From Eledone cirrhosa (Eukaryota): a DNA stretch of 64,000 bases. Below are positions 52,239 through 64,000 of this stretch, piece by piece. The notes under the pieces are model-generated. The model did not search any database, had not been told where the DNA came from, and worked only from the letters and a program-made list of their open reading frames with translations. A program made the position numbers and the translations under genes. The DNA lies in contig OZ024741.1 in NCBI GenBank assembly GCA_964016885.1, positions 104,098,001 to 104,162,000 of the forward strand, in the 5' to 3' direction. Within the stretch, counting starts at the first letter, position 1. Every line of letters starts with the position of its first letter.

Positions 52239-52393
<155 letters not shown>

Positions 52394-52616
52394 ATATATT
52401 ATATATATATATATTATATATATATATATATATTATATATATATATATTATATATATATATTTATATATATATATATATTATATATATATATATTATATA
52501 TATATTATATATATATTATATATATATATATATATTATATATATATATATATATTATATATATATATATTATATATATATTATATATGCATATATATAAT
52601 ATATATATATATATAT

Positions 52617-52648
<32 letters not shown>

Positions 52649-52806
52649 ATATATATTATATATATATATAATATATTATATATATATATATATTATATAT
52701 ATATATATATTATATATATATATATTATATATATATATATTATAAATATATATATATTTATATATATTATATATATGTATATATAATATATATATATATA
52801 ATATAT

Positions 52807-52861
<55 letters not shown>

Positions 52862-52870
52862 ATATATATA

Positions 52871-52933
<63 letters not shown>

Positions 52934-52951
52934 ATATATATTATATATATA

Positions 52952-53002
<51 letters not shown>

Positions 53003-53020
53003 ATATATTATATATATATA

Positions 53021-53875
<855 letters not shown>

Positions 53876-54004
53876 GTGTACAGATATTTTTGCATACACA
53901 ATAACAAAATATAAACAAATGTATTTATTTCACGAGGCTCGATAAGGATAAATATGTAAGAACTCTAGAGTAAATCCCGAGCAACGCCGGGCCATTTTGC
54001 TAGT

Positions 54005-54924
54005 ATATATATAAAATTCTTTGTCTGTCTGTCTGTCCTATGTATTCTCTAACGGCTGGATCAAATCAAATTTTACAAGGTAATAATATTAGACCGCCGG
54101 AATGTCAACATGTAATTTTTATTTTCATTTGGATTAAAACAATATACTATTTTATCTAAAATAATATTTTTATAGTAAACAAGCACGACGACGCTCGACA
54201 CATTTTCTATATGAATGTGTCTGTGAGTGTGTGTGCGTTCGTTATGTATGTTAGGCCACAGAGAATTAAAAACACATCTACACATACATACACAATGTGT
54301 GTGAGTGGATGTGAGAGTGTAGACGTCACATTTTGTATCTATCTGTCTTAGTATATGTATGTGAATGTATGTTAGAGTGTATGTATGTTGACTAATAACG
54401 ATATTTTCTTTCGTCAACTATAGCAAACCACCACCACGTGGTCATATTTTGTATATGAGTGTGCACAGAGAATTAAGCACACACACATATACAGATACAT
54501 ATGAGATGACGAACAGGTGTGCGTGAATGTATGTCTGTGCGTCTGTCTTAGTATATGTATGTGGGAGTGGGTGTGAGTGTGTGTGTGAATTTTTATTTTC
54601 ATTTGGATTAAAACAATAGTACGTCACATTTTATATATGTATGTGTCTGTGAGTGTGTGAGTGTGTTTGCGCGTTCATTATGTACATTATTAAATGCACA
54701 TATACACATACATGAATTCCACAATGACTATTGCTTACCCTAAGGTGCTTCAAGATTGATAGATTTTCATTTCTAAATTCTATTATCATTCTAATTTTGA
54801 TATATTTTTTTTAATATAGATATTTTGAAATAATTATGCGAAAAAAAAAACATCTTCATATTTATTGTTTACTAATCTGAATAAGAACAGCAGTAACCCG
54901 GGCAACGTCGGGTAATTCAGCTAG
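54005..54924 (+). mobile_element. Second non-autonomous Helitron, directly following the first
   Basis: Start atatataaaattc..(CTGT)n; internal GT-rich repeats; end CCCGGGCAACGTCGGG hairpin + CTAG|T. Confidence 0.7.
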
Positions 54925-55680
54925 TTTTTATATATTTGTTTTCCATAGTTGCACTGGCTAGACGAAGCCTGGTGCTTATTCTGGCTCCATCAGCATTAAG
55001 CGACTGAGAATACAAGACTCCCTCCCAACTCTTGGTGCAGAGCCAGTCTGTCGCTAGTACTCATTTTGCAGCTGAGGACTGAAGCAACATGAAATAAAGT
55101 GCCTTGTTCAAGGATACTGAATGTCACCTAGTCTAGGAATGGAAAGCTAACATCTCGAACCAAACACTTTAATTATTTGGCTTGGAACCTTCATTGTAGG
55201 GGGTGGGGGTTAGTAAAGAGTTTGCTATGGTCTGATATCTGAGTAAACCTCCTACATGGAATATATTCTTAACATAAATATTTTGTATAATAAACAAGAA
55301 CAAAGAAAAAAAGGAAGGGGAATGACAAATTGTACACCCCAATCTAGCCAATATATCTCAGCTGCACCTCATGGACAATATGGGGAAATTATTATGGAGA
55401 ACAGCCAGTGACTCACATTGCATCAGCCGCTCCACCTTAAGGAGCTTTTTTACCAATCACTATGCGCACCTCTCAAATTTGTGGAGGAAAACTGTATTTT
55501 GGAGATCTGGGACTGCAGATGTCTTGACGTTGACCGATACGAAAAGGAAGCTGTCGGATAAATCCCGGTATTTGGATATCTTCCGCTCTATCATGGCAGT
55601 CCAGCGACTCCTATTTGGATATCTTGACAGTTGAGGGAAGAAAAACAAAAATTTAACTAATGTTTCTTGGTTATACTTAC

Positions 55681-55749
55681 TTGCATAGTGAGCCGTTTAA
55701 GACCAGCGTTCTTTTGAATGGATTCAATGTCCCCGACAGCTAAACCGAT
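55681..55749 (-). CDS. TRPA1: TRPA1-like exon: end of S6 and TRP-like helix (not in ORF track)
   Basis: cttcctctttAG / GTAAGT, 69 nt; IGLAVGDIESIQKNAGLKRLTMQ vs human IGLAVGDIAEVQKHASLKRIAMQ. Confidence 0.95.
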
Positions 55750-56175
55750 CTAAAGAGGAAGAAGAAAAAGTGATTAAATCAATGACATAGCTAGCTGGTA
55801 TAGTTGGTATCATTGCTGGTGGTGATGGCAACAACAACATCCACCCAGCCTCCTGGTGGTTGTGGTGGTATCATGAGGAAAAGCACCCAGTCGACCGTGT
55901 AAAGGTGGTAGTGCCGGTGTCACGATAAAATGGTCCCAGTACACGCTGTAAAGTGTTTGGCATTAGGGAGGACATCCAGCTGTAAAAATCAAGCCAATAA
56001 AAAATATATGAGTAGGACCTAGTCACCCGATAGGTCAGGTCTCTACACTATGAATGAATAGAAAATATATGTTACATGGTGATGATGGCGATATATATAT
56101 ATATAAAGAAAAAAAGATGAAATCGAAAATGCAACTGGAGTTTTATTTTAAAAAAAAAAAATATTTATTTGGTTC

Positions 56176-56211
56176 CTTTACCGGTTTCGCAGTTCTTCTG
56201 CTTTTCAAAAG
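56176..56211 (-). ncRNA. Minimal hammerhead, U3:A8 variant (inverted pLTR copy)
   Basis: Exact reverse complement of 59036-59071. Confidence 0.75.
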
Positions 56212-57355
56212 TAGAGTTGAGATGGAGGGTCTGTGGTTTTTCTCACATCTGGTTGGTCTTTGAATGTTACTTGTTTTATATGGAAAAAAGTGGCTCGAGT
56301 AATTTGATTGGTTGGTCAATAAGTATAATAAATTTCGCGCCAGTTCGCGTTACAAAGTTCTTCAAACAGGGGTGGGGTGGGTGGGTGGGGGGCTCAGCTT
56401 GTTTTTTCATATATGAGTGTTTGAATTACTTTTTACTTAAAAAAAGTGGCTCACAAAGGCTTTTTTAAAAAAAATGTAATTTGATTGGTTATAAATGAAA
56501 TTATGGCTGTCACGCGAACAAGTTCATTAAAATTTCGCGCCCGTATTTGGGAATTTATTTTGTAGCCTTTTACGAAATTTTATGACAATAAAAAAAGTGG
56601 CTCCCGAAGGCTTTTTTTAAAAGCCTTGTAAGAGACGATCTGGACCCCTTAAACCACCTCCCCAAACATGTCAACAACGATACTATTATTGTGTCTTTCG
56701 ATGTTGTGAATCTCTACACAACGATCCCACACCAATACGGACTACAAGCAATAGGATTCTGGCTAGAGAAATATCCCAATGAGATACCTGACAGAATACA
56801 AAAAAGCTTCATCACCGAGGGATTAAAATTTATCTTACAGAACAACTTTTTGGATTTCGATGGCAGTACTTACAAGCAAATATCAACTTAGTCATGGCAT
56901 ACTTAGAAGTCCAGATTTATGAACAGTCCAAATCAAAATACGGATTGAAATTCCACAAATATTTATCAGAGAATTGGAAACACTACTTGGATGATTGTCT
57001 CATTCTTTGGCCCCACACACTCGACCAACTGAATGATTTAAAAAATTTAATAAACGGCATCAATAACCACATCCAATTCACAATGGAATACAGCCAAGAT
57101 CAACTACGATTTCTGAACATCTTAATCTTAAAAAAAGACAAATATTGAAACTGACATACACTACAAACCAACAGATTCCAAACAATACCTGCTATTCACC
57201 TCCAACCATCCAAAGCACACGAAGACGAACATTCCTTTTAACCTAGCAAGAAGAATTTGCACAATTGTCTCCAATTATGAAACGCGAAATAAAAGACTTC
57301 ATGAATTAAAGGAAATTCTACTCAAAAGACAGTACCTACCATTACTAATAAATAA

Positions 57356-57537
57356 TTGTTTCTACTTTAGGCACAAGGCCAGCAATTACCCAGAGTGCAT
57401 TACTGGTATTTTATTTTATCGACCCCGTAAGGATGAAAGGCAAAGTCAACCTCGGCGGGATTTGAACTCAGATCGTAAAGGGACGTAACTATGCTGGAAA
57501 GCATGGCGTCCGACCCTCTACCGATACTGCCAATCCA
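57356..57537 (-). mobile_element. Young family-1 SINE inserted in the PLE ORF
   Basis: 18-bp TSD ACCATTACTAATAAATAA at 57338-55 and 57537-54. Confidence 0.88.
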
Positions 57538-58197
57538 CCATTACTAATAAATAAATGAATAGAAAGGGCTAAAGTAATAGGCATTTATGAATTACGAAAA
57601 CAGAAACAAATTTAAGGTACGTCCAATATTCTATCATATATCTCAACACACAACCCAAGAAATGCGGAAGCTTACAACACTATTCACAAGAACATCCCAC
57701 TACTGAAACAAAACCCAAGAATGAAAAAAGCCCTTGAAACACACAAAATAATTAAAAGCAAAAGACAACCGAAATCACTGAAAACATTACTCACCAATGC
57801 CAAATTATCTACCACAAACCGATAACCAACTGTCAAAAAATGTGGTCGCTCTAATTGTGGAACCTGCACTCACCTCATTGAAGGCAACACGTATACATTT
57901 CAATCAGGACAGAATTTTGCTCTAAAAAATTACTTCACTTACTCATCAAAAAATCTAATTTATGCCATTAAATGTAAAGAATGCAATGAAGATTATATAG
58001 GACAAACTAAACTCACACTCAGAAACACACAACCCCCTCCCCCATTTCTACTAATAGAATCACTTTCCTACACACACACACACACAAAATATATATATTC
58101 TCTCCATCTTAACATACTCCCACACACACACACATAACACCCATATACACACACACACAACTCCCTCCCCCATTTCTACCAATAGTATCATCTTCCT

Positions 58198-58229
<32 letters not shown>

Positions 58230-59035
58230 TCAAATAAGCATACATATGTCTAATTTCTTTATTTCAATAGAAAATCTGAACTCTGATACCCCAGCGAACT
58301 AGCCATATTCACTGAACCAGAACAATTCTCCCATCCAATTTCTCTTGACCATTCTTTTGCTTGTCATAAAATTCTCTAAATGGCTACAAAATGAATTCCC
58401 AAATACGGGCGCGGAACTTGTTCACGTGACAGTCATAAGTTCATTTATAACCAATCAAATTGCATTTAAAAAAAAAAGCCTTCGGCAGCCACTTTTTTTT
58501 ATTGTCATAAAATTCCGTAAAAGGCTACAAAATAAATTCCCAAATACGGGCGCGAAATTTTAATGAACTTGTTCACGTGACAGCCATAATTTCATTTATA
58601 ACCAATCAAATTACATAAAAAAAAAAAAACCCATCGTGAGCAACTTTTTTTTTTGTCATAAAATTCTCTAAAAGGCTTCAAAACAAAATCCAAAATACGG
58701 GCGCGAAATTTAATGAACTTGTTCACGTGACAGCCATAATTTCATTTATAACCAATCAAATTACATTTAAAAAAAAAAAGCCTTCGCGAGCCCCCTTTTT
58801 TAAGTAAAAAGTAATTCAAACACTCATATATGAAAAAACAACCTGAGCCCCCACCCCTTGTTTGAATAACTTTGTAACGCGAACTGACGCGAAATTTATT
58901 ATACTTATTGACCAACCAATCAAATTACTTCTCTAAAAACCTGGCGTTTCGAGCCACTTTTTTCCATATAAAACAAGTAACATTCAAAGACCAACCAGAT
59001 GTGAGAAAAACCACAGACCCTCCATCTCAACTCTA

Positions 59036-59071
59036 CTTTTGAAAAGCAGAAGAACTGCGAAACCGGTAAAG
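59036..59071 (+). ncRNA. Minimal hammerhead with compensatory U3:A8 core
   Basis: CTT-TTGAAAA-GCAG-aagaa-CTGC-GAAA-CCGG-TA-AAG; palindromic stem III ACCGGT; GUA site. Confidence 0.75.
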
Positions 59072-59202
59072 GAACCAAATAAATATATATATTTTTTTTA
59101 AAAATAAGACTCCAGTTGCATTTTCGATTTCATCTTTTTTTCTTTATACTTTCACTCGTGTAGGACACCTCGGTTATTTTTCATTTTGTAAAAATAACTC
59201 AC

Positions 59203-59236
<34 letters not shown>

Positions 59237-59242
<6 letters not shown>

Positions 59243-59510
59243 CAGATTAAAGTTTAAGCAAAGAATCGCTGCTTTCACTCTTAACGGGATCTTAGGGTGA
59301 AAGCAGCGATTCTTTGCTTAAACTTTAATCTGTTATTTTAATATATATATATATATATAATTATATATTCGTGTACAGATATTTTTGCATACACAATAAC
59401 AAAATATAAACAAAGGTATTTATTTCACGAGGCTCGATAAGGATAAATATATATCAAATATATAAGAACCCTAGAAAAAATCCCGAGCAACGCTGGGCCA
59501 TTCTGCTATT
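59237..59510. mobile_element. Palindromic PLE-HHR remnant (59237-59341) followed by a Helitron-like 3' end
   Basis: Inverted arms of the 10518-type motif; then tattcgtgtacagat.. and cccgagcaacgctggg..ctatt. Confidence 0.65.
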
Positions 59511-59569
59511 AATATTATAAAATTAAATCAAATTCTTTAGAACTACAAGTGAAGTCATTCTTTTCCTTT

Positions 59570-59649
<80 letters not shown>

Positions 59650-59892
59650 TTCAAGAGTAACCAATTTTAAAGAGAGAGATGGAGATAGGAGAGGAGATAT
59701 GAGAGGAGAGATTGGTGAATTAGCTAGAAGCCAAAGCGTAAAGGCATGGAGTAGCGGAACAATTGTAAACGGACATTATTATTATTAATATTATTATTAT
59801 TATTCTCTACATTCCTTACATCAAACTAAAATATGTTGACAATCTTTTAATGTCTTCCTTGTGAAATTTGTGGTCTTGTTTTGCTTAACTAA

Positions 59893-59927
<35 letters not shown>

Positions 59928-60698
59928 ATATATAAGCTAATTTTAGGTTTAATCAACACATATAAAATGTATATCGATACTGTTTCTCAGTACAAATCGC
60001 AATAAACTTCTGTTCAGAGTATCCTTTATATAAGTGTAAACGATATCTAACAGGATATATCAATTGAGAAATAAACCAGTATTTTGTACATATATATTAG
60101 AACAACTAATATGTAAATCTGAATACAAATTTAAATATATACTCCTAGGTGTTAAAATTGTGACATACTTACATATACAGATCTGTTTCTGGAAATAAAA
60201 AATAAAATGCTAACCTTCGATCACAGTACTCAGTATTGGTCACTAATTATCGATTTTGGTGAACACCTTAAGACCATGATGTCCTTCATCAGTGTGTTTA
60301 GGTCTTTGCTATATATATCTCACGCTGCATTATAGTACTTGTCATCTACCCTTGGAATAAATTGTTAAAATAATGTCCACATGGTGTAGCAATTATGTTT
60401 TACGGAAGGGTAGATAAAACAGTGATAGAATGAGCTCAAGGCGAATCCATTTTAGACAACTCAAATTAATTTAGATGAATTAGGAGTAGAAATAAGCTAA
60501 TTTTAGGTTTAGTCAAAATATATTTATACTAGTTTGTTTCTCAATTGATATATCCTGCTATATATCGTTTATATTTATATTATTTGAATATATATATGTA
60601 AGAGATGTCAACATGAATGGATCTGTTATTTTTATCAAAAGACATTTTTTCCAATTCCATCTCGTCCGTCCCCTCAATCTATTTTATTTCTCATTCTT

Positions 60699-60734
60699 TC
60701 TTCTGATGAAGGACCAGCGTCCGAAACGTTAAGA
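60699..60734 (+). ncRNA. Minimal hammerhead ribozyme
   Basis: TCTT-CTGATGA-a-GGAC-cagc-GTCC-GAAA-CG-TT-AAGA; palindromic AACGTT. Confidence 0.8.
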
Positions 60735-60812
60735 CCCTCTTCCTTCTACATCAAGCGTCAACCTAATATATTCCTTCCATATACTGTACCGATTGTGTTA
60801 TTTCTGTTTACC

Positions 60813-60962
<150 letters not shown>

Positions 60963-61329
60963 ATTTACATATACATAAAGTGACAGATATATACGTGGCA
61001 ACCGTTCACGATGTGGCTCAATGAAGAATTAATAAATTAAATAATCAGAGCAATATATCATAAATCATGTCCTTAGAATCATTGGATAAAATATATATAT
61101 ACTATTTCCTCTCCCAATTAGCATAATTAACCATATAAAAAATCAATTAGACCAGGCTATAAGATTAAAGGTTCCTATGAAGAAATATTTCATAAATAAC
61201 CGAAAGCAGCCTCTTCGCGGTTAACCACAACATTTCAACAGCATTTAGAAATTGACCAAATATACCGTCAACCATACACAATTAGGTATAAATTTAAAGT
61301 TAGAAGAAATGCGTACATACCGTAATTAT

Positions 61330-61406
61330 ATCTCTACCATGGTTTCGTTCGTATTTTGAGATATCCTATTAAGGATAAATCTCGAGTATCGAACTCATCA
61401 GGAGAC
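61330..61406 (-). ncRNA. Hammerhead ribozyme with long stem II and palindromic stem III
   Basis: Minus: GTCTC-CTGATGA-GTTCG..GAGAT..TATCCT-taat-AGGATA-TCTC..CGAAC-GAAA-CCATGG-TA-GAGAT; GUA site. Confidence 0.85.
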
Positions 61407-61623
61407 AAACTCAATAGGACAGTTAATTTTCCAAAGCGATCTCGCCAGATATAGATTCAAAGAGGCTGCTTTCGGTTATTTATCAAATATTTCTTCATAG
61501 GAGCTTTTATTCTTATAGCTTGGTCTAAGGTCTAATTGATTTTTTATATGGTTAATTATGCTAATTGGGAGAGGAAATAGTATATATATATTTTATCCAA
61601 TGATTCTAAGGACATGATTTATG

Positions 61624-61657
<34 letters not shown>

Positions 61658-62090
61658 CGAATAAGAAAATGCAAAGCAGTTTCAGATGTTAAAGTCCTTT
61701 AATGATAATGTTGTGATACATATTTCAATGACGACAGTGGTGACCCTCTTCGGTGTACCCATTGCTGTGACATCTTTAGACACCTTCTCACATAATAAGG
61801 TTATGTTCCCGAGGTAATCCAAATTGAATCGACAAGAGAACGGACAAAGCAGGTGCTCTTGAGTCCTTCGGCCGTTAAAGGAATTTAACATCTGAAACTA
61901 CTTTGCATTTTCTTATTCTAAATATACTCCGTCAATCCTATGTGGAAAAAGTACGTTGAGTGCTCGAATCGAATTGCAACGAAGTTAACCTTAAGAGTAT
62001 ATATATAAAGGCAAACAGAAATAACAACACAATTGGTACAGTATAGGGAAGGAATATATTAGTTTAATGCTTGAAATAGCAGGAAGAGGG

Positions 62091-62126
62091 TATTAACGTT
62101 TCGGACACTAGTCCTTCATCAGAAGA
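62091..62126 (-). ncRNA. Minimal hammerhead (diverged paralog of 60699)
   Basis: Minus: TCTT-CTGATGA-a-GGAC-tagt-GTCC-GAAA-CG-TT-AATA. Confidence 0.75.
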
Positions 62127-62301
62127 AAGAATGAGAAATTAGAAAGATTGAAGGGGTGGGCAGGGCGGAATCGGAAAAAATGATTTGAGAGAAACATAAC
62201 AGGTCCATTTATATATATATAAGTTTATCCTGGGTTCAATCGGAGGTAACCACAGTAAGGTACTCAATACAAAGCAGAGTATAAATATTTAATATAGAAA
62301 T

Positions 62302-62352
62302 GGCTTCTACAGGACTAGAACTGTTTCATTCGGGAGAAATCATCAGGAAGCC
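62302..62352 (-). ncRNA. Type I hammerhead ribozyme
   Basis: Minus: GGCTTC-CTGATGA-t-TTC-tccc-GAA-t-GAAA-CAG-ttctagtc-CTG-TA-GAAGCC; GUA site. Confidence 0.85.
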
Positions 62353-62748
62353 GACTGTCCAAGTAATATGATGGTATTTATACCTTTTCTGGTGGTAGGA
62401 GGGGGTGGTGATTGGGATGGGTGTAGGTCATTGGTTGATGGATTTAAAGAAAAGGGAATTCGTTAAAAACTATATTTAGAGTAGCAGAAAGAATTCAAGC
62501 TAAGTCTTTGTTGACAGGTTCACACTGGCGGAGGGGAGGGGAGGAGGCACTCCTGATTGTTAAGGTTCATTTAAGCTAACAATGGCTATTCATTGGTAGC
62601 TTGCTGGAATGGTCAGGTGTCAAAATCACACACGCACACATACACACATGCCCTCACACCAACACACACAGACACACGCACAAACACACTTATATATATA
62701 TATATATATATATATTACAATAATCAAAGTTCAGTTTAAATCATTTAT

Positions 62749-62797
62749 TTGCTTACAATTGTTTCCTCCAAACCGAGGTTTGGATTCTTCGGAGCAA
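62749..62797 (-). ncRNA. Hammerhead fold with CCGAAGA (U4C) core
   Basis: Minus: TTGCT-CCGAAGA-a-TCCAAACC-tc-GGTTTGGA-g-GAAA-CAATTG-TA-AGCAA. Confidence 0.7.
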
Positions 62798-63456
62798 CTA
62801 TTTAGTGATCTATAACATACTTGACCTCCTTTTCAACACAAGAGACATATAGAAACATATGCATATATTGACCCACAGTGGGTTGACATCCATCACAATG
62901 ATATAGCATGGCAATTTACATATAAAGGTTAAAGGATTAAAATGAAAATAAAAATAAAAATAAAAATAAATATAAAACATTGGCAGTTTATGAAGATAAA
63001 GCAAGAGGAAAGTTTAGAGTAGTCAGTGTATGAAACAATCCCACGTGTAGCATGCACGAGTGTCTTATTTATACAGGATTAGAGTGCGGCAGATTGTTAC
63101 TTGTAGAATCAGGCAGTTAAAGCAGGCAATCAATATTATCATGTGGGCCGTATTGTTAAATCATTTTTTCGCATACACCTGTATGATATACAATCCCGAA
63201 TGTAGAGAAACACCAAAATATCAAAAATATCAAACATATCACAAAACATTATAAAATAGGCAAAACAGCACCACTGTCTTCGCACACATCACCACTCACA
63301 CAATCCATGAAACGCAATATATAGACTACAGGTCTATCACACAATCCACGATGATTCAGCATTGGGTGTCTGGAGAGTCAAGTTATAAACCAAATCTTGT
63401 CGTTTCTTACTTTGATTAATAGATAAGGATGTTTTAGTTGTGTGAGATGACATTAA

Positions 63457-63545
<89 letters not shown>

Positions 63546-63685
63546 TGTGTTTGTGCGTGTGTCTGTGTGTGTGGGTGTGAGGGCATGTGTGTATGTGTGC
63601 GTGTGTGATTTTGACATATATATATATATATATGTATATACATACATATATATATATACACACATACATAAATATAGTTTTTAAA

Positions 63686-63756
63686 GATTACCCTTCATCA
63701 GTGCATTGATGAAGGGTAATCACCCAGAAACACCAGTATCTGCAATCTGTTTACAT
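63686..63756 (+). ncRNA. Diverged hammerhead-like motif preceded by an inverted copy of its own 5' half
   Basis: 36-bp near-perfect palindrome GATTACCCTTCATCAG-tgca-TTGATGAAGGGTAATC, then ACCC-a-GAAA-CA..TG-TT. Confidence 0.5.
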
Positions 63757-63914
63757 GCCAACACAAGAACAAAATGGGTGGCTCATTCTACTGACATGGC
63801 TTAAAAGAGGCTGTTTGCATAATTGCAAACGAATTGAATATTATTATTAATATTCGAAAAACTCAGAATACATTTATTGTATTCAGCCATGTAGAGCGAT
63901 AACTTTTTGATAGT

Positions 63915-63994
<80 letters not shown>

Positions 63995-64000
63995 GTTCCA

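Larger units (their letters stand above)
56102..59207 (+). mobile_element. Penelope-like element (third family) with ~520-bp inverted pLTR
   Basis: RT SFDVVNLYTTIP, YLDD; GIY-YIG NLIYAIKC..C..DYIGQT; 56102-56620 inverted relative to ~58480-59147; three ~140-bp tandem units at 58360-58800; (TA)n flanks. Confidence 0.9.

Noticed and set aside
55420-55625. GC-richer segment with minus ORF containing YPN and a GTGAGT donor just downstream of the TRPA1 exon
   Set aside because: Phase-0 entry hits a stop at once and there is no real TRPA1 similarity; at most a poison exon.
60245-60297. Minus-strand CTGATGAAGGAC.. motif in an inverted-repeat island
   Set aside because: GAAA is replaced by AAAA and stem I is poor; counted only as a decayed remnant, not annotated.
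62810-63004. Hydrophobic minus ORF as candidate TRPA1 S6 exon
   Set aside because: Lacks the expected PI.LMNLL motif; upstream exons probably lie beyond the window.

Overview
AT-rich, repeat-dense animal genomic DNA. The SINE/RTE repertoire and microsatellite load suggest an octopod cephalopod (inference). Two host genes converge tail-to-tail. On + are the last nine coding exons of a BUB1/BUBR1 (MadBub-type) checkpoint kinase (1441-32047). On - are the last four recognisable coding exons of a TRPA1-like channel (55749-34414), most of them missing from the ORF track. The introns hold two tail-to-tail RTE LINEs forming a ~2 kb hairpin, two Gypsy LTR elements, three Penelope-like elements (PLEs), piggyBac, Ginger-type and Helitron non-autonomous elements, tRNA-SINEs and ~7 kb of fold-back (TA)n array around a 200-N gap. 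The most striking signal is a collection of type I hammerhead ribozyme (HHR) folds, read by eye. There are about a dozen copies from at least eight unrelated sequence families, including canonical, minimal dimer-type and core-variant forms (U3:A8, U4A, U4C). They sit in PLE termini and in short ORF-less inverted-repeat elements inserted in (TA)n/(CA)n tracts, and many are sense to the TRPA1 pre-mRNA. All calls come from manual reading; no searches or folding programs were run.
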